From Bacilli bacterium (GTDB taxonomy: Bacteria > Bacillota_I > Bacilli_A > RF39 > UBA660), in contig JAQVZB010000001.1 of the NCBI GenBank assembly GCA_029004695.1, positions 1 through 36,818 of the forward strand: a stretch of 36,818 nucleotides of DNA. The letters are read 5' to 3'. The notes beneath the pieces were generated by a model. The model had not been told where the DNA came from and ran no database searches. It saw nothing but the letters and a program-made list of their open reading frames with translations. Below are positions 16,642-25,698 of this stretch, piece by piece. The stretch's first letter is position 1, and the number at the start of each line of letters is the position of its first letter. Position numbers and translations under genes: made by a program.

Positions 16642-18777
16642 TTATTCACCCTCTAAACTATAAAACTTATCATAGATATTATAATATATAATATCATCAT
16701 TTAAATCACTTGGAATATATTTTTCTAATGTTTCAAATAAAGCATCTTCTTTATTTATAAAAAATACACTTGACATATATAAACTACTTTTTTCTTTTGG
16801 AGGAAGATTATTAAGATTTTTAAATCCTATTGCAAACTTATACCCGGATTTTCTTAATTTTTTAATTATTTTTTTATTTGCTAATAACGTTTCAAAATCA
16901 ATAAATATTGTAATATGACTTTTAGCATATTCATCATCGAACATTTTGGTAACCCGTAATATTTTCTTTTCTTTATTATATAAAGTATCTGGAAGCATTA
17001 TAAAATATTTCTTATTAAAATCACCATTAACCATATCTTTTAATAGTTCTGCTAGTAATAAAGTAATTTTAACCGGCACTTTATCTTCTGCTATAATGCC
17101 TTCTTCATAAGTTTTATCAATAATAAAATTACTATAAATTTTATTAAACGCAAGATTATGTTCAAGAGTAACTGTATATAATTCTTTTTTAATTGTTTCA
17201 ATATTTAAATAAAAAGTATTTGATTCTAGTTTTTTAAGAAAATATTTAGTTATTTCGCCATATGTTTTTTGAAGTGTAATTATATCTTCTGTGATAATTA
17301 AAATACTATCTTCGTCTAATTCATTTTGGTATTTAATTAGTTCGTTTTTATAATATTCTTGTTTGGTTTTTATTTCTGATATTGAATCTTTAGCTTGATC
17401 TAAACTAGCTATAATATTAAAAATATTTATAAATTTATCAACTTTTTCTGAATATTTACTATCATTGCCCTTGTAACTATCATTTAATTCTTTACCAACT
17501 GCTTTGAATAATTTATCAACCTTAATAAGAAAATTCTTACCTTTATAATTAAGATCTTTTTCACTAAAATAATTATAATATCTAGCATGTATATAAGTTG
17601 TAATATATGCATTTCTTATCGTCGGTTCGTTTGCTTGCAATTTATCATCATCGGTAATAAGTTGGACTAATTCATTTAATTCATCAGCTTTAATATTCAT
17701 TAAAGCATCGATAATATTCTTGTTTTTACGACTGTATTCTTTTATAAGATTTAAATTGATTTTTGTTAAATCTTCATCTAATTCATCCTTTGGTTCAATT
17801 TTTACTTCAACTTTTTTATTTTTTTTTAATTCTTTACCTTGATTATCCATTTCATATTTAGCTATTTCTAACATCGTTTTATCATATTCATTAGTATCTA
17901 CCGGAATTATTCTAAAAAATTGGGTTTTTTCTAAATCTTCTGGATATTCTTCGGTATCTAAAGAGTCATCTACTATTTCTAAATCAGAATTTGAATCTAC
18001 AGTATTATTTTTTTCTTCCTCTTCTTCGTTTATTTTAACTTCTATAATATCCGAATTAGATACATTATTTTCGACTACAAGTTCATCATTTAATAATTGT
18101 TCTTCTTTATTTTCGGGAATTACAATTTTTTCATTTTTATTTTTTATCATAGATATATTCGAAATACTTTTATTTAAATACTTATATAATTTGATAAGAT
18201 TTTCTTTCAATAAATCTATTAACTGATAATAAAATGTATCAAATTTATTTTTATTTTCAATATTCTTTTTATCTTTAATTATTGATTCAATTAAAAATAA
18301 GGAAATAATTAGAATTATTAATACTGATGGATTTAAAATTGTTTTTCTTAATATACCAAAACTACCAATTACTTTTTCTACTTTACCAACAATTTGATTT
18401 TGATCTACAGCTGCTTTATCTTTAGCATTATTAGCGTCACCTTTGGTAATATAAGTTTTGTTATGGATTTCAACTACACGGTGAGTTATATATTCATTAT
18501 CTAATTTATAAGTTATAATATCTTTTAATTCAATTTTAGAATTTAATTTTACTAAAATCCAATCCCCTGCACTTATGGTATCTTCCATGCTATTTGTTTG
18601 AACTTCAAACATTGAATATCCAAAAAAGTTACTATACTCTTGGCCTAGTAATTTTACTTGAACAGCAGTATAAGTAGCTACTAATAAAATCACACTAAAT
18701 ATTGCTATAAAAACATTTAATAATATATTTATAATTTTTTCGACAATTTTTTTATTGTTTATTTTATTAATTTTCAT
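16642..18777 (-). CDS. SipW-type signal peptidase fused to a ~540-aa cytoplasmic domain of unknown function
   Basis: aa 1-170 comprise a TM, TNSMED (Ser63), ITHRVV (His99), TKGDANN (Asp114) and a second TM (aa 148-168) followed by KDKKNIENKNK. Next comes an acidic low-complexity linker, then a K/N/E-rich helical domain to aa 711. Confidence 0.7.
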   Translation of the reverse strand: MKINKINNKKIVEKIINILLNVFIAIFSVILLVATYTAVQVKLLGQEYSNFFGYSMFEVQTNSMEDTISAGDWILVKLNSKIELKDIITYKLDNEYITHRVVEIHNKTYITKGDANNAKDKAAVDQNQIVGKVEKVIGSFGILRKTILNPSVLIILIISLFLIESIIKDKKNIENKNKFDTFYYQLIDLLKENLIKLYKYLNKSISNISMIKNKNEKIVIPENKEEQLLNDELVVENNVSNSDIIEVKINEEEEEKNNTVDSNSDLEIVDDSLDTEEYPEDLEKTQFFRIIPVDTNEYDKTMLEIAKYEMDNQGKELKKNKKVEVKIEPKDELDEDLTKINLNLIKEYSRKNKNIIDALMNIKADELNELVQLITDDDKLQANEPTIRNAYITTYIHARYYNYFSEKDLNYKGKNFLIKVDKLFKAVGKELNDSYKGNDSKYSEKVDKFINIFNIIASLDQAKDSISEIKTKQEYYKNELIKYQNELDEDSILIITEDIITLQKTYGEITKYFLKKLESNTFYLNIETIKKELYTVTLEHNLAFNKIYSNFIIDKTYEEGIIAEDKVPVKITLLLAELLKDMVNGDFNKKYFIMLPDTLYNKEKKILRVTKMFDDEYAKSHITIFIDFETLLANKKIIKKLRKSGYKFAIGFKNLNNLPPKEKSSLYMSSVFFINKEDALFETLEKYIPSDLNDDIIYYNIYDKFYSLEGE

Positions 18778-18812
18778 ACTACCCTTTCCGATCCTAATAT
18801 ACTCTACTATTC

Positions 18813-18865
18813 ATTTTATCATAAAGACAGAAGGTTTGTAAATCAAATTAGTGTTTTTTGTCGAA
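18813..18865 (-). promoter_or_regulatory. promoter of the peptidase/GTPase operon with an upstream TTCGACAA box
   Basis: On the minus strand: TTCGACAA (18858-18865), 15 nt, TTTACA (18837-18842), an 18-nt spacer ending in TGa, then TAAAAT (18813-18818). Confidence 0.5.
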
Positions 18866-18883
18866 ATATATTGTGTGACAAAA

Positions 18884-18911
18884 ACAAAAAAAATAGAATT
18901 AAATTCTATTT
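18884..18911 (-). terminator. intrinsic terminator after the 176-aa gene
   Basis: The AAATAGAA / TTCTATTT stem (18891-18898 and 18904-18911) is followed on the minus strand by a T-run (the A-run at 18884-18890 on plus). It overlaps the stop codon. Confidence 0.5.
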
Positions 18912-19441
18912 TATAACGCTTCTTCTTTACCGTATTTAATTTCGACAATAATAGCATATAATTCATATATAAAAATTAAGAAACTTGGTAAAAGTATGAA
19001 AAAGAAGAATCCCCAGGTTGATTGGAAAAAATTATATACTGTACCAATATCATTATAAACTTTATTAGCTTCTCCAACTATAAGATCTTCAGAATATGTT
19101 GCTCCATTTTGAAATGATAATGCTTGATCTTCAATATGAACTTCTCCTACTATACCAAAATCAATAATTGGTGCGCCGGTTTTTTGAGTTTTATAAACAA
19201 ATATTTCATTTCCTATTGAAATATTATCAAGCTTTCTTTGTTCAACTATAACAATATCACCTTTTTGATATTTATCAGAAGTTATTTTATTTTTTATTGG
19301 TACGATTGTAAGATCTCCAAATTGAGTTACACCGTATTTATTTATATTTAACAATAACACAGTATTAATAATTACAAATGAGAAAAATACAATTGCTAAA
19401 ATTCCAATTACAATTTTTTTGATTACTTTTAATATCTTCAT
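18911..19441 (-). CDS. SipW-like pseudo-peptidase (same topology, nucleophile and His boxes absent)
   Basis: It has an N-terminal TM and a C-terminal TM (FFFFILLPSFLIFIYELYAIIV). KGDIVIVEQ and IGNEIFVY align with the beta-barrel boxes of SipW. The SxSMxP position reads IVPIKN, and there is no THR(V/I) box. AGGTGG RBS. Confidence 0.45.
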   Translation of the reverse strand: MKILKVIKKIVIGILAIVFFSFVIINTVLLLNINKYGVTQFGDLTIVPIKNKITSDKYQKGDIVIVEQRKLDNISIGNEIFVYKTQKTGAPIIDFGIVGEVHIEDQALSFQNGATYSEDLIVGEANKVYNDIGTVYNFFQSTWGFFFFILLPSFLIFIYELYAIIVEIKYGKEEAL

Positions 19442-19511
19442 TTTTTACCACCTATTGTAATAATAGCATAAAAATATTATGATAGCAATTTAATTTCGAA
19501 AAATTTGTCTA

Positions 19512-21383
19512 TTATTGTACTTTTATTAAATATGGATTTTCTATACTGCCATTTCCTAATGCTCTCACACTAGAACTTAGATTTATAACTGGTCTAATAC
19601 CATATGAATTATTTATTAATTCATTAAGTATATAACCTTGATTATTAATAATGAAATTATATGCGAATTGTCCATCAAAATTACTAGGACTAAAAAGCCA
19701 ATAATTTTGTTGCGTGTATAAATAATTAATATTATTTTGAATACTTGGAACATTACCAGCAATATTAGCTTCATCAACTGTTAATAGACCAACTGGAAAA
19801 GTTAATGCTCCATTTCCTAATTTAGCATCACTATTAGTAAAGCGGTCATTTTTTTCTAGACATTTTAAATTAGGAGTATTATTTTGTAATATTCTTAAAT
19901 TGGGATTATAGGTTGTTAATAATAAGCCGTATCCCTTATTTTCTTCATTTATAAATCGATCATTACAAAATATTTTGTCTTCTATATTACTTATGATATT
20001 AATTCCCTTATTAGAAATATTTTGCTTATACCATTCTTCTAATACCGTTTTAACATTACTATTGGTTTGATTTTTTGTTGCTTCACTTATACTTGTTGAT
20101 GTTACTTCTGAAGCTCCTCCATACATATATCCTACATATTTATTATCGTTAATAATATTATTCCAATATGATGTAATAATATTTGTGTTGCTTCCTGTAC
20201 TGTTAATTGTGCATGTATTATTAGAACATATTCCATTATATATTAATCTGATACTTCCATCACCATTTATTCTTATTATTTTCCATTGATGCTCGGCAAA
20301 AATTAAATTATTATTTAATAATGCTTTATTGCCTCTAAAATAATAACTACTTCCATAATCATCTTCCATTTTATATACTCCCGTATCACTAGTATTAGAT
20401 ATTGCTGCAAAATTAGGAGATGCTTTAGCATCGATAATTTCTAATCCTCCATTTTGACTTATAATCATATTTCTTAATAATGCTTCTGGTTTATAATCAT
20501 TTTCATTAATTATAGCAATATTAAAATTCTGTTCACTAATATTTAAATTACCAGCAGCTTTATAAAACATTAAATTTATACTACTTTTAGGATTCATTAT
20601 TAAATAAACTTTATTTATTTTATTATCAGTAGTGACATAGGAATCGATATAGCTTGATTCTTTATCTATTAATAATTCACTTGTATTCCAACTTAATTCA
20701 ACAATTTTTGATTTAAGAGCCGGATTTGTTATAATCAAATTTCCCGTATTAGTATTATCTTCATATTTTAAAGTTATATTATCTTCTATTAATAAACTAT
20801 TTTTTAATATAAATTGCCCGGTTAATGTCTTTTTATATGGAGAAATACTTACAAAAGTTATTTCCGCTGTTACATCACTAAGTTCTTGATCATTAAATAC
20901 TACATCAAAATATAAATCTTTACTTGTAATTTGACTTTCCCAATTATATCCGCCATTATCACATTGAGTTTTGGTATAATTATCAACAATTATGCCATCT
21001 GTGGTATTATTTACACATAATTTTGTTGCTGATAAGACTCCCGTTATTGTACTTAAATCAGTGCTTTCTAATAAACAACTACTACTTAAAGAAGCATCAC
21101 CAATAATTCGACAAGAAACTTCATATTCAATATCATAATCTGTAATTAATAAATCATTTTGACTATTTTGTATCTTAAAATAGACTCTTTCTTTATCCCA
21201 ATAATCATTGGTATTTTGTTTAGTATCATCACTCAACTTATTACTACTCAAATAAAAACCTTTGGTAGATAAATAATAATCCCAAATAGTATTGCCTACA
21301 TATTTAGCAAAAGTATAAGTCAAACTTAATATAAAACCAAAACTAATCACTAGTAATAGTAATAATAAATATTTTTTTATCAT
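19512..21383 (-). CDS. secreted multidomain protein: signal segment ending LTYTFAKYV, beta-rich N-terminal region, C-terminal YYFRG / WLFSP...RPVINL module
   Basis: The N-terminal hydrophobic segment carries the TYTF motif. The C-terminal half contains SSYYFRGN...WKIIRINGDGSIRLIYNG, LLTVDEANIAG and NYWLFSPS...YGIRPVINL. The last motif resembles the YWLRSP...GVRP modules common in Firmicute surface proteins (possibly DUF6273, from memory). Confidence 0.5.
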   Translation of the reverse strand: MIKKYLLLLLLVISFGFILSLTYTFAKYVGNTIWDYYLSTKGFYLSSNKLSDDTKQNTNDYWDKERVYFKIQNSQNDLLITDYDIEYEVSCRIIGDASLSSSCLLESTDLSTITGVLSATKLCVNNTTDGIIVDNYTKTQCDNGGYNWESQITSKDLYFDVVFNDQELSDVTAEITFVSISPYKKTLTGQFILKNSLLIEDNITLKYEDNTNTGNLIITNPALKSKIVELSWNTSELLIDKESSYIDSYVTTDNKINKVYLIMNPKSSINLMFYKAAGNLNISEQNFNIAIINENDYKPEALLRNMIISQNGGLEIIDAKASPNFAAISNTSDTGVYKMEDDYGSSYYFRGNKALLNNNLIFAEHQWKIIRINGDGSIRLIYNGICSNNTCTINSTGSNTNIITSYWNNIINDNKYVGYMYGGASEVTSTSISEATKNQTNSNVKTVLEEWYKQNISNKGINIISNIEDKIFCNDRFINEENKGYGLLLTTYNPNLRILQNNTPNLKCLEKNDRFTNSDAKLGNGALTFPVGLLTVDEANIAGNVPSIQNNINYLYTQQNYWLFSPSNFDGQFAYNFIINNQGYILNELINNSYGIRPVINLSSSVRALGNGSIENPYLIKVQ

Positions 21384-21398
21384 TTTAATAATAAATCA

Positions 21399-21929
21399 CT
21401 ACTCCTCTACTAATTGCCATGATTTAATTTCTAAATTAATATAATCAACTAAACCAGAATATATTGAATCATCATATTCAGCTGGAAAATTAACTAATAA
21501 TTTATAATAATTTGTTTTTTCAGTATTATAATCAACACTATTAACTGGCATATTACATACTAATTCATTATTTTGATTTCTTGAATATGTTTCATCACAT
21601 ACTCCAAATATTGTTTCATCTTTATAAAGGGTGATTTTTAAAGGAATAAAATGATAGGTTTTGATAATTATTTGATATTCAAAAGACACATCACTTTTAT
21701 TTCCATTTTCATTATTAGCAACTGAAAATAAATATTCTTTATTTTCTCCCGGTTTAATATCTAAAAGAGGTATATTAATATCATCTAATTGTTTGGTATT
21801 AAAAACAAACTTAGCAATATTTTGATCTTCAATAACTAAACCAGCACTTGATTGAAAAACTGAATAGGTTATTCCCAAGGAAAAAATTATCATAACTACT
21901 AAAATTAATTTAAATCGTTTTTTTATCAT
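21399..21929 (-). CDS. small secreted TasA-like protein with a SipW-cognate-type signal
   Basis: I prefer the ATG at 21929 (GGAGGA RBS) over the track's GTG at 21941. The signal ends in LGITYSVFQSSA. LDIKPGENKEYLFSVANNENGNKSDVSFEYQI is TasA-like, and the protein ends INLEIKSWQ. Confidence 0.55.
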   Translation of the reverse strand: MIKKRFKLILVVMIIFSLGITYSVFQSSAGLVIEDQNIAKFVFNTKQLDDINIPLLDIKPGENKEYLFSVANNENGNKSDVSFEYQIIIKTYHFIPLKITLYKDETIFGVCDETYSRNQNNELVCNMPVNSVDYNTEKTNYYKLLVNFPAEYDDSIYSGLVDYINLEIKSWQLVEE

Positions 21930-21947
21930 TTTTTCCTCCACTTTCTA

Positions 21948-24900
21948 TTATTTTAGAATAAAATATTTTTTTATTGAATCAATTTTAAGTTCTCCATCAT
22001 ATAACTCTAATATTAATTTATAACTATTATAATTAAATAAATTATTTTTTAAATTTAAAGTTGTTGAAATATTATTGTCATTACTTTTGCTTAAATAATA
22101 CACATTATTACTAATAAGTTCTAAATTTTCATTAATATAATTACTCAAATTAACTAATAAGTAATTTTGATTATAGGCTGATAATTCTTGTTTTTCATAT
22201 AAAGATACTCTTATATTAGGATTACTTAAGGTGGTTTTTGATATATTAAAGCTTATTTCAGTAGAAAGATCATTTTTATTAATAATATTATTATTGAAAT
22301 CCACTTTAAATCCATGGCTTATTTCGTAACTATTATTTGTTACAATTATAGGAATTGATATGACATCGTTTCCTAATAAACCTCCATAGTTACCATCGGC
22401 TGATATAAAATTATTTATTTTAAGATAGTATGTTCCGGAAGTTAAATCATTTTCACTTTCGGTAGTTATAATATCTAAAACAATATTTTCATTATTATTT
22501 ATCTTAGCTCTTAAATAATTATCATTATCGGGATAGTAATTAATATTATTTATTTTAAAATTCATGTTTTTAAAATGTTTTTTATTAACTAAAAAGCCAT
22601 TACTATCAACAAAACTTATTAATAATCCCGTCTTTTGATCTTCATGAGTAGTATCTATAACTTGAATTTCTTCTATCGTTTGATAATTTATTTGACTATT
22701 TAAATTTATTTGCGTACTTGATTCGGTATTTAAGAAAATACTCGTACCTGAATAATCAGATGTTAAATTTAAATCAGCATCAACATTAAATTCATTATTA
22801 GAATAAAGATTGAATTTTTTATATGAATTCTCCAAAGTTGATATCCTTTTATCTGCAAGTAAATCAAATAATTCTAAATAAATATTCATATTATAAAAGC
22901 TAGTATTTATTACTGCATCTTTAAAATCTAATATTAAAGTATAATCTTCTAAAATTAGATTATTGTCAACAAATATATTTTCTATATAAGAAGTATTTTC
23001 ATTTTGTCCCATTTCATTAAATAATGTGAAAGGATAACTTGCAATTTTCTCACATTCTAAATCAAATTCATCGCAACTATCATTATAACCAAATTGGTCG
23101 ACATCAGTATCTATTTTATAAGTATAAATTTTATTATTATTATGATTGATCAAATTTATTTTAGTTCCCATTGGCAATAAAATATTAGATTTTAAAAAAT
23201 GTGAGTAGTTATTTATATTTGCAAAATATTCATATGTAAATGAAGATTTTAAAGTGATTGAAGATTTATTTGTAATATTGATTGGAATTTCTCCATAATC
23301 AATTTTGTTATCAGTACCTATCAATAAATCGTCAATTGAATATCCATTATAAATAATATAATCAGTATTAATATATTTAATATTTCCAGCTTTATCAATA
23401 GCTTTTACATAGATAATATATTTTCCTAAGGTATCAATTAATATGTTTCCACTTGGTACTATCCACTCTAAATTTTCTAAATTTTCTTCTAATATAATCT
23501 CATTTGATAGATAATAATATGTACTTTCAAGCCCAGATAAATAATCCGATGATTCAATTATAAATTCTTTCGGCTTATTTACAAATAAATTACTTGGTGC
23601 ATTATTAAGTGTGTCCCAATTATCGTCTTCAAACGATATTGATCCAACAGGAGCATTTAGGTCTAAAATACAATAATCAGTGTTTACATATGTAACTCGA
23701 TCTTTATAATCAGTAATTTTAAAATATATAATATATGAACCTTCTGTAGTTATTTGATTTATTTGCGTAAATAATTGCCATGTTTCAACTGAATCTAAAG
23801 CACTTTTATCCATTACCGTCCCAGACTCACTAATATAATATGCTACTTTCAAAACTGGAGTAAAATTATTTAAACCATCAACAGTAAAGGTAATATTAGC
23901 ATTAAAATATTTATTATTAATATTTGTATGGTAAGTATTATAAATATTACTTCCTATATACACATTGATTGTTTTACTAGTATTATTATCATAGTATAAT
24001 ACGGGATTTTCATCATCATTATAGACCCAAATATTATTAGGATTTAATAACAAGTCTTCATCACTCACATATTCATTATAGTTTAAATTTTGAATTACAT
24101 AACTTTTATTTTCGAGATCTTCTTTTAATACTTTTGTAAAACTACCAGTTACACTTCCACTACCTATAGGAAGAATATTTTCAGTATAATAAGCATTAGT
24201 AACACTAACTGTACTATTATCAACTTTATTTATAGAATTATTGTTACTAGTATTAAATACATTATTAAAAATGACATTACTACTATTAGTTACGACACTT
24301 ATTAATCCACCACTATAAGTCGAAATTAAATTTCCTTTATTATAACTATTATTAACAATTATATTGTTTACATTGTCAAAAGCTGTACCTATTAAACCAC
24401 CACTTGATAAATTACTATCAATACTTCCTATGTTATATGAATTAATTAAATTAATACTACCTGTAGCATTGGCTACTATTCCTGCTGATGTAAAATAGCC
24501 ATATATATCAGATTTATTAACCGAATTCTTTATCGTCGTATTTAATGCTTGCCCGATTAACCCTCCTGATATACCATAATTATATTTTACAGTATATTTT
24601 AAATTAGAAAATGTTATGACATCATTTGCAAGCGTGGTACTAGCTTTAATCGGAACTTGACTTAATAAAGTAGTCCCCAATTCTATTTCGAAACTTCCTC
24701 CTGATACCGGGATATTATTTATTGAAATAGAAGCTTCTGCTGGATTTTGGACAACATAATTTCCAGTTATTTTTGCTGAATTAACAGTACTACCTAAAAA
24801 AGGAAGTAAATTACTTAAATTTATATAATTAGTAGTTTCATAATTATAGACATTTATATCTCCTTGGACAATATCTTTAACAATTGTTTTTTCAATATTA

Positions 24901-25601
24901 TTTTTTTTACCTATTACATAGCCATCCATAAATATATTCTCTAAAGTTACATTAGATGTTTTAGATGCAAAACCTGAAGTTATAATTCCCCCATAAACTA
25001 AAGCATTTTTAACAAACAAATTACTAACATTTCCTTTTAAATTTGTAAATAATGCTAATTCTTCATTAACTTCACTAGTAACATATAGCCCATATATCGT
25101 ATTATTGTTACCAGTTAAAGTACCTTCAAAAGAATCTAAAGATGATAATATATTTAAAGTTCCAGACGGAATTCCATTTAATTCTGCATTATCATAATAA
25201 TTATTAGTATATGGTTCTATATAATAAGTAACATCATCTAATATATATTCAATTTCATCATTATCATTGTATTTTAATATCCCTTCGTTCAAAATAATAT
25301 TATTAGTTATTTCAAAATAACTATTAATAAAACTAGTATTTTTTAATTTAAAGCTCAAATAAGCTAGTTCAGATCCATTAGATATTATATAAGGATTATT
25401 TTCAGTTCCATCACCAGATCTAAAAGAGCTAGCAACCGTTCCATCCCATGCTGAAGTAGATATTGAGCTGTCATTATAAATAAATTCTGCTAATGTCGGA
25501 ATTATGTTAAAAATCAATAATATGAAACTTATGATTATAATAGATAAAATAATTTTTTTTATTTTTGATAAATTAAGAAAAGTATTTTTTATTTTCTCCA
25601 T
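21948..25601 (-). CDS. giant secreted GLUG-repeat / Ig-like surface protein
   Basis: The signal segment ends IIPTLAEFIY. GDGTENNPYIISNGSELAYLS is followed by repeated GG(L/I)I(G/S) GLUG-type motifs (YGGIITSG, SGGLIGQA, SSGGLIGTA, YSGGLISV). Two similar Ig-like modules end YIIYFKITDYKDRVTYVNTDY and YIIYVKAIDKAGNIKYINTDY. There is no LPXTG, SLH or choline-binding tail. The second ATG (25601) has better RBS spacing than 25610. Confidence 0.65.
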   Translation of the reverse strand: MEKIKNTFLNLSKIKKIILSIIIISFILLIFNIIPTLAEFIYNDSSISTSAWDGTVASSFRSGDGTENNPYIISNGSELAYLSFKLKNTSFINSYFEITNNIILNEGILKYNDNDEIEYILDDVTYYIEPYTNNYYDNAELNGIPSGTLNILSSLDSFEGTLTGNNNTIYGLYVTSEVNEELALFTNLKGNVSNLFVKNALVYGGIITSGFASKTSNVTLENIFMDGYVIGKKNNIEKTIVKDIVQGDINVYNYETTNYINLSNLLPFLGSTVNSAKITGNYVVQNPAEASISINNIPVSGGSFEIELGTTLLSQVPIKASTTLANDVITFSNLKYTVKYNYGISGGLIGQALNTTIKNSVNKSDIYGYFTSAGIVANATGSINLINSYNIGSIDSNLSSGGLIGTAFDNVNNIIVNNSYNKGNLISTYSGGLISVVTNSSNVIFNNVFNTSNNNSINKVDNSTVSVTNAYYTENILPIGSGSVTGSFTKVLKEDLENKSYVIQNLNYNEYVSDEDLLLNPNNIWVYNDDENPVLYYDNNTSKTINVYIGSNIYNTYHTNINNKYFNANITFTVDGLNNFTPVLKVAYYISESGTVMDKSALDSVETWQLFTQINQITTEGSYIIYFKITDYKDRVTYVNTDYCILDLNAPVGSISFEDDNWDTLNNAPSNLFVNKPKEFIIESSDYLSGLESTYYYLSNEIILEENLENLEWIVPSGNILIDTLGKYIIYVKAIDKAGNIKYINTDYIIYNGYSIDDLLIGTDNKIDYGEIPINITNKSSITLKSSFTYEYFANINNYSHFLKSNILLPMGTKINLINHNNNKIYTYKIDTDVDQFGYNDSCDEFDLECEKIASYPFTLFNEMGQNENTSYIENIFVDNNLILEDYTLILDFKDAVINTSFYNMNIYLELFDLLADKRISTLENSYKKFNLYSNNEFNVDADLNLTSDYSGTSIFLNTESSTQINLNSQINYQTIEEIQVIDTTHEDQKTGLLISFVDSNGFLVNKKHFKNMNFKINNINYYPDNDNYLRAKINNNENIVLDIITTESENDLTSGTYYLKINNFISADGNYGGLLGNDVISIPIIVTNNSYEISHGFKVDFNNNIINKNDLSTEISFNISKTTLSNPNIRVSLYEKQELSAYNQNYLLVNLSNYINENLELISNNVYYLSKSNDNNISTTLNLKNNLFNYNSYKLILELYDGELKIDSIKKYFILK

Positions 25602-25698
25602 TTTAATCATTCCTTTTATACTTTACTATGCTATATAATTATAACATAATTTGACATAATCTGCACTAATAAAGAAAAAAAATAACCCTCTTAAAAAG

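Noticed and set aside
16645-17100. EAL-like (c-di-GMP phosphodiesterase) look of the last ~130 aa of the peptidase fusion (HITIFIDFE...LRKSGYKFAIGFKN)
   Set aside because: Only the alternating beta/alpha periodicity and an LRK.GY.FAIG string resemble the EAL pattern L+..G..ialDDFG. The catalytic E, DDFG and following acidic residues are absent. This is too weak to call without a profile search.
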